Below are positions 1-8,275 of a DNA stretch of 64,000 bases, piece after piece (within the stretch, counting starts at the first letter, position 1; every line of letters begins with the position of its first letter). Location: the NCBI GenBank assembly GCA_943349075.1, contig CALQYY010000001.1, positions 8,312 through 72,311 of the forward strand, read 5' to 3'. The translations under genes were made by a program, and so were the position numbers. Source of the stretch: Candidatus Magasanikiibacteriota bacterium (GTDB lineage Bacteria > Patescibacteriota > Patescibacteriia > Magasanikbacterales > 2-02-FULL-50-9b). Under the pieces are notes generated by a model. The model worked only from the letters and a program-made list of their open reading frames with translations, was not told where the DNA came from and ran no database searches.

Positions 1-141
1 ACGAGCTCATCTTTAAGACAAAACGAAGGAGGTATTCGTCGTCGCGCGTGATATTTTTTGTGAATTCACGAATCGTTTTCATACGATTGACGGTATCATG
101 AATTTCTGGTATTTTCAATAGTACACCAGAGGAGGTGGATC

Positions 142-969
142 ATGGTTAGTGTAAAGTCAGTGCGTTTCTTCGTAGATTCTCAGAACTTTCTGAGATGTTT
201 CTGGCCAGAGAACAGTAGCGCTCAGTTCGCGCTTCGTGAAGTTAATTGGGGGTTACTTACAAAGGCAATTGTTGAAAAAATAGGAGCAACATCCTACAAC
301 ACAGTTAATTTTTATGAGGCATTTCCTGGGGGCGAGCTTCCAAAAGACCCGAGTACTTATCGACCGGGTTTTGCTCAACTTGTAGGAAAGGAGCTTCAGA
401 GTAACCCGAAATTTCTTATCAGGCCAGGGAGTCTTAAAATGAACGACTACGGTAGGCTTAGTGAGAAAGGTATAGACACGACAATTGTTGTTGATATGAC
501 GCGCGGCGCAATACTCGGAGAGTATGACGTTGCAGTGCTGTTTAGCGGTGATCTGGATATGAAGCCAGGGGTCATAGAAGTCCTTCGAAGTGGTCGCGAG
601 TGTGTCATTTGCGGCTGGAATCAGCGAGGCTTGTCGTACGAGCTGAAAAAGCTGATACAACAAGGAAATGGCTTGACCTACCTGGACTTAACTACGCTTG
701 GCACCGCGTTCATAACGCGTGTCAGCTCACTAAAAAAGAACCGAGAGTTATCGTCTGGTGAGTTTGCGGTTTACCTGCTGCTCGCGGACTATCATAATCA
801 GGGGATAAACTGGGTGCCCGCCCAAGATGTGGTTAGCTCAACGTTTCGTGGGATGCCTCCTGGACCCATGAATCGATACAGCTTTCTGCGCAACTTGGCC
901 ACCAATAACCTAATAGAAACAGACTTCTTTCAGATGGGTCCGCAGGCGAACGTACGGCTTGTGGCCTGA
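142..969 (+). CDS. NYN/LabA-like (DUF88) domain protein with a C-terminal domain of unknown function
   Basis: N-terminal FVDSQN and the VAVLFSGDLDMKP motif match the conserved acidic residues of NYN-type nuclease domains. This is recognised by eye from the translation only. Confidence 0.5.
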   Translation: MVSVKSVRFFVDSQNFLRCFWPENSSAQFALREVNWGLLTKAIVEKIGATSYNTVNFYEAFPGGELPKDPSTYRPGFAQLVGKELQSNPKFLIRPGSLKMNDYGRLSEKGIDTTIVVDMTRGAILGEYDVAVLFSGDLDMKPGVIEVLRSGRECVICGWNQRGLSYELKKLIQQGNGLTYLDLTTLGTAFITRVSSLKKNRELSSGEFAVYLLLADYHNQGINWVPAQDVVSSTFRGMPPGPMNRYSFLRNLATNNLIETDFFQMGPQANVRLVA

Positions 970-1050
970 TTATAAATAACCGTCTCTAGCAGCTAGAAGC
1001 TTAATTGCTCGCTGCTCGAGGCGGTATTTTTTGATCACACCTCCTGCATC

Positions 1051-1079
1051 TTGCCAAAAAATAATCCCCATGATACACT
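1051..1079 (+). promoter_or_regulatory. sigma70-like promoter for rpmE-prfA (TTGCCA, 17-nt spacer, TACACT)
   Basis: The -35 and -10 hexamers are spaced 17 nt apart and lie about 10 nt upstream of the rpmE start. Confidence 0.35.
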
Positions 1080-1088
1080 GCACCCACT

Positions 1089-1376
1089 ATGAAACAGGGT
1101 ACACATCCAAAATATAACGCTGCTGCAACCGTAAGCTGTGCTTGTGGAAACACTTTTGAAGTTGGTTCAACACAGGCAACGATTCGTGCTGAGCTTTGTA
1201 GCACCTGCCATCCGTTCTACACGGGTAAGCAGAATTTTGTTGACACTGCTCGTCGTATCGAAAAGTTCCAAGACAAAGCTACAAAACTTTCGTCAACTGA
1301 TGCTGTTCGCAGCAAAGCAGAAAAGGAGCTTGCTCGTAAGGCAAAGCGTGCAGACAAAACTGCTGCAGGAAAATAA
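1089..1376 (+). CDS. rpmE: 50S ribosomal protein L31 with a Lys/Ala-rich C-terminal extension
   Basis: MKQGTHPKY start, a CxCG...CSTCHPFYTGKQ zinc ribbon, and the typical L31 family signature. Confidence 0.9.
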   Translation: MKQGTHPKYNAAATVSCACGNTFEVGSTQATIRAELCSTCHPFYTGKQNFVDTARRIEKFQDKATKLSSTDAVRSKAEKELARKAKRADKTAAGK

Positions 1377-1382
1377 ATTTGT

Positions 1383-2432
1383 ATGAAAGCCGAAGAAGTT
1401 CTTCGCGAATTTCAAGCGGCAGAATTAGCTCTCCAGGACCCCGCGGTTTCTGGAGATGCTTTTCGTTTAAAAGAACTTTCTCAGAAATATTCTGAACTTC
1501 GACCGGTTGCAGAAAAGGTTTTAGAGCTTCAGCGCTACGAGGGTGCGCTTAAAGAATCGGAAGAAATCATTGCAGCCAACGATGAGCCTGAGTTGGTTGA
1601 AATGGCGCGTCTTGAGGTTGATGAGCTCGTGATTAAGATTGCAGCGCTTCAGGCGGAAATCAAAGAAATGCTTCGCGAGCCAGATCCATTTGTAAATAAA
1701 AACGTAATTGTTGAAATTCGTGCGGGAGTTGGCGGTGATGAGGCGGGGCTTTTTGCTGCTGAACTTTATCGAATGTACACCATGTTTGCGGGTACGCGCG
1801 GGTGGAAGGTTGATTTGATGTCGATGAGCCGATCGGGGATTGGTGGAATCAAAGAAGTGGTTTTTGGAATCAAAGGCCGTGGTGTTTACGGCGATCTTCA
1901 GTTTGAGTCGGGTGTTCATCGTGTACAGCGCGTGCCAGAAACCGAAAAAGCGGGGCGCGTTCATACCTCAACAGTGACCGTTGCGATTATGCCTGAGCCT
2001 GAGGCGGTTGATATTAATTTGGATTTGAAGGATTTAAAAATTGAAACAACAACATCGCAAGGTGCGGGAGGTCAGTCGGTTAATACGACCTACAGTGCGA
2101 TTCGCATGGTTCATTTGCCAACGGGTATTGTGGTTTCGTGTCAGGATGAACGCTCACAGGCGCAAAACAAAGAGCGTGCGATGCAGATTATGCGTGCACG
2201 TGTGTTTGAGGCCGAGGTTGCGCGAGTTGCAGCAGAGCGCGCAGCAAAGCGCAAGTCGCAGGTTGGATCAGGTGATCGATCAGAAAAAATCCGCACATAT
2301 AATTTTCCGCAAGATCGTGTTACCGATCATCGCATCGAAGAGTCGTGGCATAATTTGCCAAAGATCATGGCGGGTGAAATCGAACCGATTATTGATGCTC
2401 TTAAAAGGGCTGATGCGGAGTCTCAGGACTAA
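1383..2432 (+). CDS. prfA: peptide chain release factor 1
   Basis: GGQ motif ([12 protein letters not shown]), RVQRVPETE codon-recognition loop, and full-length colinearity with RF1 as recalled from E. coli. Confidence 0.9.
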   Translation: MKAEEVLREFQAAELALQDPAVSGDAFRLKELSQKYSELRPVAEKVLELQRYEGALKESEEIIAANDEPELVEMARLEVDELVIKIAALQAEIKEMLREPDPFVNKNVIVEIRAGVGGDEAGLFAAELYRMYTMFAGTRGWKVDLMSMSRSGIGGIKEVVFGIKGRGVYGDLQFESGVHRVQRVPETEKAGRVHTSTVTVAIMPEPEAVDINLDLKDLKIETTTSQGAGGQSVNTTYSAIRMVHLPTGIVVSCQDERSQAQNKERAMQIMRARVFEAEVARVAAERAAKRKSQVGSGDRSEKIRTYNFPQDRVTDHRIEESWHNLPKIMAGEIEPIIDALKRADAESQD

Positions 2433-2433
2433 C

Positions 2434-2462
2434 TTGACGAGTTTAAGCTATTTTGCTAAACT
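2434..2462 (+). promoter_or_regulatory. sigma70-like promoter for rpsB-tsf (TTGACG, 17-nt spacer, TAAACT)
   Basis: Hexamers with a 17-nt spacer upstream of rpsB. The -10 TAAACT is the same as in the rpsL promoter. Confidence 0.4.
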
Positions 2463-2564
2463 TCGACCACTAATTAACAAATCATCTGCCTAGCAAACCG
2501 TCCGCGACCTGCCCGTTTATTCGGGTCCGCGAGGCGAGGGTAGAGCCGATTAAAAGGATAATTT

Positions 2565-3320
2565 ATGCCAAAACTTCCAACACTCGAGGAAATGCTCGCA
2601 GCGGGCATGCATTTTGGCCATCGCTCACAGCGCTGGCACCCTAAGTCAAAGCCGTTCATTTTCGGTGAACGCCAAGGTATCCATGTAATTAACCTTGAAG
2701 CTACACAGGAAAAACTTGCAGAAGCATGTGACTTCGTAAAGAAACTCGCATCAGAAGGCAAGTCAGTATTGTTTCTTGGAACAAAGCAGCAGGCTCAGGC
2801 TATTGTGAAAGCAGAAGCAGAGCGCTGTGGAATGCCTTACAACATCGAAGGATGGCTTGGAGGTCTCGTTACAAACTTTGATGAAATCGGAAAGCTTCTC
2901 GAACGCTATCGCAAGATGCGCTCAGACCGCGAAGCTGGTGCTTGGGACAAGTACACCAAGAAAGAGCGTTCAGTTATGGAAGCTGACTTCCAGAAAAAGC
3001 GCGTTGTTCTTGAAGGTCTTAGCTCACTCAAGAAAACTCCAGATGCAATGTTCATCGTTGACATCCGTACAGAAAAAACAGCTGTTGTTGAATCATTGGT
3101 TCGCCACATTCCAACAATTGCGATTACTGATACAAATGTAAATCCAGAACAGGTAACACATCCAATTCCAGCTAATGACGATGCAGTTAAGTCAATTGCA
3201 CTCATCACAAAAGCACTCGCAGATGCGATCCTTGAAGGAAAAGCACTCCGCGCAGCAGCTCCGGAGGAAAAAGTTGTAAACAACAATAACGCAGCACCAC
3301 TCGTCGCTGCAAAACAATAA
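2565..3320 (+). CDS. rpsB: 30S ribosomal protein S2
   Basis: MHFGHRSQRWHPK and GIHVINLEAT signatures of S2. Confidence 0.95.
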   Translation: MPKLPTLEEMLAAGMHFGHRSQRWHPKSKPFIFGERQGIHVINLEATQEKLAEACDFVKKLASEGKSVLFLGTKQQAQAIVKAEAERCGMPYNIEGWLGGLVTNFDEIGKLLERYRKMRSDREAGAWDKYTKKERSVMEADFQKKRVVLEGLSSLKKTPDAMFIVDIRTEKTAVVESLVRHIPTIAITDTNVNPEQVTHPIPANDDAVKSIALITKALADAILEGKALRAAAPEEKVVNNNNAAPLVAAKQ

Positions 3321-3330
3321 TCATCATACT

Positions 3331-3924
3331 ATGATCGATTCTAAGCTCATTGCACAACTTCGTGAAAAAACTGGCGCAGGCATCGTTGATGTTAAGGCGG
3401 CGCTCGACGAAACAAATGGCGACATGACTGCGGCAGAAGAATTACTTCGCAAGAAGGGAATTTTGAAGGCTGGTAAAAAGTCAGATCGCGTTGCAGGTGA
3501 AGGTATTGTTTACTCATACATTCACGGCGGTGGTAAGGTTGGTGTTATGCTCGAACTTCGTTGCGAAACAGATTTTGTTGCTCGCACTGACGGCTTCGTT
3601 CAGCTCGCACACGACATCGCACTCCACATCGCAGCGATGAACCCTCTTTACTTGGACGAAACAGCAGTTCCTGCTGAACTCGTTGAAAAAGAGCGTGAAA
3701 TCTACAAAGCAGAACTCGCAGAATCAAAAAAGCCAGAAGAAATTATGGCAAAGATTCTCGACGGTAAGGTTCAGAAGTACTACAGCGATATTTGTCTTCT
3801 TAAGCAGGCATTCATCAAAGATGAATCAATGACTGTTGAAGATGTAATCAAGCATGGTATTTCAAAGATGGGTGAAAACATTCAGATGAAACGATTCGTT
3901 CGCTTCCACCTCGGACAGGAATAA
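3331..3924 (+). CDS. tsf: elongation factor Ts (short form, 197 aa)
   Basis: N-terminal UBA-like LREKTGAGIVDVKAAL motif, the dimerisation core, and the conserved rpsB-tsf gene order. Confidence 0.9.
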   Translation: MIDSKLIAQLREKTGAGIVDVKAALDETNGDMTAAEELLRKKGILKAGKKSDRVAGEGIVYSYIHGGGKVGVMLELRCETDFVARTDGFVQLAHDIALHIAAMNPLYLDETAVPAELVEKEREIYKAELAESKKPEEIMAKILDGKVQKYYSDICLLKQAFIKDESMTVEDVIKHGISKMGENIQMKRFVRFHLGQE

Positions 3925-3940
3925 TCCTTGAAGATTTAAA

Positions 3941-3970
3941 AAGCCGGCTGCTAGCCGGCTTTTTTGTTTT
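3941..3970. terminator. bidirectional intrinsic terminator between tsf and the convergent MazG-like gene
   Basis: aagccggc-tgct-agccggctt hairpin flanked by an A-tract on one side and a T-tract (tttttgttttt) on the other. Confidence 0.6.
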
Positions 3971-4286
3971 TGAACCATTTTTCTTCAAACGCTGTCTCGA
4001 GATCTATACCGAGTAGGTGGGCGTTAACGATTGCCATACCGACGACGTCGGCGAGTTCCTTAGCAAGTTCATTTTTTGATTCAATCTCAGAGAGTCTTTT
4101 TTCTGGACGACACTTATTATGATGAATCAGTATTGCTTGTGCAAATTCACCAACCTCTTCGTAGAGTTTGAGAAGTGCGAAATTTTGATCAATTTCAATT
4201 CCGTAATGTTTTCCATAGCTATCCGCGTTTGCAACAATTTTCTCTTGCAACAATTTAAAATCCATATTATTTTGAGAGTAATTCAA
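3951..4286 (-). CDS. MazG-like nucleotide pyrophosphohydrolase domain protein
   Basis: EEVGEF...ELADV helical EExxE/D metal-binding motifs typical of the MazG/HisE fold. Confidence 0.55.
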   Translation of the reverse strand: MNYSQNNMDFKLLQEKIVANADSYGKHYGIEIDQNFALLKLYEEVGEFAQAILIHHNKCRPEKRLSEIESKNELAKELADVVGMAIVNAHLLGIDLETAFEEKWFKNKKAG

Positions 4287-4515
4287 GGTCTGTTTCGAGA
4301 TTGTCTAAGTTTTCACGAAGGATGATGCGTGATTGCTGAACTCCTTTTTTGAAGATGTCTTCACCACAGGTGTTGAGCAGGAAGTCGAGCAAGTCTTCGG
4401 CTGCAATCATTCCAATTTCTTCACCACGCTCGGCGTTAAAATATGCAATCAGTTCGTTTATTGTTTCGGCGCGTTTCTCGCGTGTAAGAAAATCACCTTT
4501 TCGATTGATGGTCAT
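4267..4515 (-). CDS. DUF2164-like small protein (start moved to the internal Met)
   Basis: LIAYFNAERGEEIGMIAAEDLLDFLLNTCG resembles my recollection of the DUF2164 family. The upstream 32 codons lack an RBS and look like a spurious extension. Confidence 0.35.
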   Translation of the reverse strand: MTINRKGDFLTREKRAETINELIAYFNAERGEEIGMIAAEDLLDFLLNTCGEDIFKKGVQQSRIILRENLDNLETDLELLSK

Positions 4516-4636
4516 AGGTGAGTAGATGGTAGCATATGAGTATGTTTTTGAGAACTTATATTGATGGTTTTTGTTCGTTCGGCCCAGTTTTCTATTTGTG
4601 ATATAATGCAAATAATTTTGTACCTTTGTTTTTTAT

Positions 4637-6235
4637 ATGTTAACAACACCGCAAAAAATAGTAGAAGCAACCGTACATTCGGTTGATTTGATTGCTCATG
4701 GTGTTAAAAAGATTTCGTTCAAAGTTAACGGTAATTTTAGCTTCACACCGTCGCAGTATGTTTGGCTTGAAATTCTGGATGGTCAAATCGCTGATAAAAA
4801 AGGAACACGAAGAGCTTTCTCAATTTTAAATACTCCTAATGATGAAAATGTCATTGAGATTGTTGCGAGAATTAGCGAGAGCGGCTACAAACAAAATTTG
4901 TTTGCGCTTAAGTCGGGTGATCGTGTTTTATTGCATGGGCCTTTTGGATGTTCTTTTGTTTTGAACGAAAAGAATCTCCCAAAAAACCTAATGCTTATAG
5001 CTGCGGGCGTTGGTATAGCACCATTTTTGTCAGTTATTCGAAATATTAAGGACAAGAAAATTCCGATTAATTGTTTTTTGGTTTATCTTAATAACGATAA
5101 AGAATCAACGCCTTTTATTGAAGAGATTGAAGAAATTAAATCAAAAAATAAATTTTTTGATTATATTATTTCGTATGAAAATTTTACATGGGAGAGCGCA
5201 AAAAAATTGAATAATGATTTTTCTGAACAGTCTGTTTGGTGGGTTGCTGGACCTCAAGCAATGGTTGACCATACTTTTCTCGAGCTTGAAGGCGCGGGGA
5301 TATCAAAAAATAGCATGGTTTTTGAGAATTATTATCCGACGGTTCGAAATAATTTGACTGCAGAAAAAATCGCTGAGCAATTTGTTGGCAATAATATTTT
5401 TGCAAAGGCAATTCAGAATTCAACAAATCACACAGTTATTACGGATTACAACGGAGTTGTTTTGTTTGCAAACCTCGCTGCAAGTCGAATTACGGGTTAT
5501 ACCTCAGATGAGATTATTGGAAATACCCCTCGATTGTGGGGAGGTCTCATGGATGGAGATTTCTATAAAAGTTTTTGGGTAAAAAAACGATCAGGCCTTC
5601 CATTTGAAGGTGAAATTATGAATCGTCGTAAAAACGGAGATGTGTATTTTACGATTGCACATATAGCTCCGATTCTTGATGAGGACAAAAATATAATCGG
5701 CTATATTGGGACTGAAGAAGATATTACAGAATTAAAAGCGAAGGAGGAAAAAGTCAGAAATAGTGAGATGCGATTTAAGTTTGCTTTTGAAGGAAGTCGC
5801 GATGGTTTGTGGGATGCAAATCTAGAAACGGGTTCAACATTTTTTTCACAAAGATCGCTTGAGATTGTTGGGTGCGGAAAAGAAGATCAGATAGCGTCTA
5901 TGAGTAAATGGAAAGAGTTTATTCTTGCAGAAGATCTTGCGAGAGTTGAGGAGGAGTGGGCTGCACATCTAAGTGGTGCAAAGCCATATTACGAAAGTGT
6001 CTACAGAATTCAGTGTAAAAATGGTAGTGAGGTAAAGTGGGTATTGGATCGCGGCCTAATCACAGAAAGAGACGCGCGCGGAAAGGGTTTGCGCGCCGTT
6101 GGTACTTTTACAGACATAACAGAGTCGAAAGAAAAAGAGAAAGAGTTAGAGTTGATGAATTCGGCTATGATAGATCGAGAATTGGTTATGGTGAATTTGA
6201 AGAAACGCATAAAAGAATTGGAGTCACATCTATGA
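4637..6235 (+). CDS. ferredoxin-NADP reductase-like FAD/NAD(P)-binding oxidoreductase fused to two PAS domains
   Basis: N-terminal FNR-type RxFS (RRAFSIL) FAD site and GVGIAPF NAD site. These are followed by two PAS blocks (ANLAASRITGYTSDEIIG... and WDANLETGSTFF...) and a short C-terminal helical motif, DRELVMVNLKK. Confidence 0.6.
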   Translation: MLTTPQKIVEATVHSVDLIAHGVKKISFKVNGNFSFTPSQYVWLEILDGQIADKKGTRRAFSILNTPNDENVIEIVARISESGYKQNLFALKSGDRVLLHGPFGCSFVLNEKNLPKNLMLIAAGVGIAPFLSVIRNIKDKKIPINCFLVYLNNDKESTPFIEEIEEIKSKNKFFDYIISYENFTWESAKKLNNDFSEQSVWWVAGPQAMVDHTFLELEGAGISKNSMVFENYYPTVRNNLTAEKIAEQFVGNNIFAKAIQNSTNHTVITDYNGVVLFANLAASRITGYTSDEIIGNTPRLWGGLMDGDFYKSFWVKKRSGLPFEGEIMNRRKNGDVYFTIAHIAPILDEDKNIIGYIGTEEDITELKAKEEKVRNSEMRFKFAFEGSRDGLWDANLETGSTFFSQRSLEIVGCGKEDQIASMSKWKEFILAEDLARVEEEWAAHLSGAKPYYESVYRIQCKNGSEVKWVLDRGLITERDARGKGLRAVGTFTDITESKEKEKELELMNSAMIDRELVMVNLKKRIKELESHL

Positions 6236-8274
6236 TCTTCGATAAACAAAACTTAATTCGGTTATCATTATATTTAGGCTCTGCTGGACTGTGTGTATTT
6301 GCATATTTTGGTTGGGTCACTTACGTAACTCCAATTATCCTCAAGGTACCGCATGATTTTAGTTATGCAGCAGATCTTGTGTCGGTTGATAATTTTTTTG
6401 ATGAAAATGAAAACGAATTTAGTGGTGAAAAATATTCTAATAGTTCGTTTTCATACAAAGTAGTATCTTACGAAAAAGATATTGCAAAAATTCAAAACAA
6501 TTTTGAGGTAAAATCTTTTGGAGGAAAAAAAATTTTTGCAGCTAGCCCTGTTTATGGGATTGATACAAAAACGTGGAAACATGTTAAGGGATATGGTGAC
6601 AAGGATAGGGATGGTTATTTGTTTGCTCCGCGTGGTTTAAAAAAAGACCAAACATTTAAATTTTGGTATGTTAGCACCTCGGTGGGGGCAGACATGAGAT
6701 TTGTTCGCGAAGAAAATCTTTATGGTTTAAAGGTCTATAAGTTCGAAAAAACTAGCACAGACCCTGTTGATCAGACCGAGTTTTTTACTCATTTAAAAGG
6801 TGTTCCAGAGGAGAGAGGTGTTAAGCTTGTAAATAGACTAAATATTTGGGTTGAACCTGTCTCTGGCTACGTTGTTAAGCAGGAAGAGTTTTCTGATGAT
6901 TATTATTTCTTTGACCAACAAACCGGCAAAAGAATCTCCACATATAATAAATTTTCAAACGTATATTCAGAGAAGAGTATAATTGCTCATGTAAATCAGG
7001 CGCGTACTGAGAAATATAAAATTTTAGCTCTTACTTACGGAGTACCCGCGTTGGTTCTCCTAGTTGGACTTGCTTTATTTGTCGTTAATTATTCTCACTT
7101 GAACCATACAAAACGAGTTAAAATTTTCGGTGGTATCGTTGTAATTTTCTTGATTATAATCACATCGGTTGTCACATATTTTATTAAGAAAAATATCGAT
7201 GACTCGGAATATGCGTTATTAGCCCAACAAGCAGATGAGGTTTATTTAAATGTTGATCGGAGAGTTAATTCGTATGTGGATATTTTGCGAGGAGCTCAAG
7301 GATTCATTGATTCTAGTAGTTTCGTTGATCGATCAGAGTGGACGAGGTATATAAACAATTTAGAATTGGAAAAAAAATATCCAGGAGTTTTATCAATTGG
7401 TTATGCTCCATTAGTTGATGGGGAGAATAAAGATCGTTTTATTTCGACTATTCAAAAAAATGATTTGAGTAATTTTAATATTTTTCCCGTAGAAAATAAA
7501 GCAAAGTATGCACCAATTCTGTATATTGAGCCTCAAATAGAGAGAAATGTAAAAGTGATAGGATTTGATTTTTATTCGGAATCCAGTCGAGCTAATGCAT
7601 TACAACAGGCATCAAAGATAGAAAGTCTTTCTCTTACGGGTAAAATTAAATTATTAAATGAAGGGACAGAAGACGAACATCCTGGTTTTGTGATGTATTT
7701 GCCGATATTTAATAAAACAGAAAGATCTTCTGATTTTATATATTCAAAAGAAGAGATAATTGGCTATGTATTTGCCGCATTTAGAATGGAGGATTTAATG
7801 CGCGACCTGCTCGGCTCAAAGTCGATTGATCTCTGCTTTCATATCTATGACGGCTTAATTACATCTCCAACGGCTTTAATGTATGATTACGACCCTGACA
7901 GAGTTGAAGATGTAAAAACATTGTTTTCGCGTACAGACGTTTTGAATATCGGAGATCGAATCTGGGCAATAAAATTCTATAATGATCCTAAGATTAGGGT
8001 TGAAAAAACGAAGAGTGTTTTGCCATATATAATATTCTTCGGTGGTGTGCTCTTTAGCGTGCTTTTCTATGTTGTGTTTTATTTCTTAATCACCACAAAA
8101 GAGCGGGCGATTGTGATGGCAAATGAATTAACCGAAGAATTGAAAAAAAGCGAACTAGATCTGATGGAGAAGAACAAAGCAATGGAAGAACAGATAATTG
8201 AGTCAAACAAATTGAATCAGCTCATGGTTGATCGTGAACTTGCGATGATTGAGCTTAAGAAGAAGACAAAATAA
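6232..8274 (+). CDS. membrane sensor with two extracytoplasmic domains (unknown domain plus CHASE) and no enzymatic output domain
   Basis: Start ATG overlaps the upstream stop (ATGA). Four predicted TM helices. CHASE-like block (PILYIEP...VIGFDF...GFVMYLPIF). C-terminal coiled coil ends in DRELAMIELKKK. Confidence 0.5.
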   Translation: MIFDKQNLIRLSLYLGSAGLCVFAYFGWVTYVTPIILKVPHDFSYAADLVSVDNFFDENENEFSGEKYSNSSFSYKVVSYEKDIAKIQNNFEVKSFGGKKIFAASPVYGIDTKTWKHVKGYGDKDRDGYLFAPRGLKKDQTFKFWYVSTSVGADMRFVREENLYGLKVYKFEKTSTDPVDQTEFFTHLKGVPEERGVKLVNRLNIWVEPVSGYVVKQEEFSDDYYFFDQQTGKRISTYNKFSNVYSEKSIIAHVNQARTEKYKILALTYGVPALVLLVGLALFVVNYSHLNHTKRVKIFGGIVVIFLIIITSVVTYFIKKNIDDSEYALLAQQADEVYLNVDRRVNSYVDILRGAQGFIDSSSFVDRSEWTRYINNLELEKKYPGVLSIGYAPLVDGENKDRFISTIQKNDLSNFNIFPVENKAKYAPILYIEPQIERNVKVIGFDFYSESSRANALQQASKIESLSLTGKIKLLNEGTEDEHPGFVMYLPIFNKTERSSDFIYSKEEIIGYVFAAFRMEDLMRDLLGSKSIDLCFHIYDGLITSPTALMYDYDPDRVEDVKTLFSRTDVLNIGDRIWAIKFYNDPKIRVEKTKSVLPYIIFFGGVLFSVLFYVVFYFLITTKERAIVMANELTEELKKSELDLMEKNKAMEEQIIESNKLNQLMVDRELAMIELKKKTK

Positions 8275-8275
8275 T

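Noticed and set aside
253-663. Antisense or out-of-frame ORFs of 60-230 aa overlapping confident genes throughout the track (for example 253-663, 1521-1964, 2906-3286, 16648-17328, 55343-55942, 59493-60092)
   Set aside because: They overlap strongly conserved housekeeping genes on the opposite strand or in an alternate frame. They have odd composition and no RBS. They are typical shadow ORFs.
6037-6231. N-terminal extension of the CHASE sensor ORF (MGIGSRPNHRKRRARKG…)
   Set aside because: It lies in a different frame overlapping the 3' end of the upstream PAS gene. The ATGA-coupled start at 6232 with the hydrophobic MIFDKQN… N-terminus is far more plausible.
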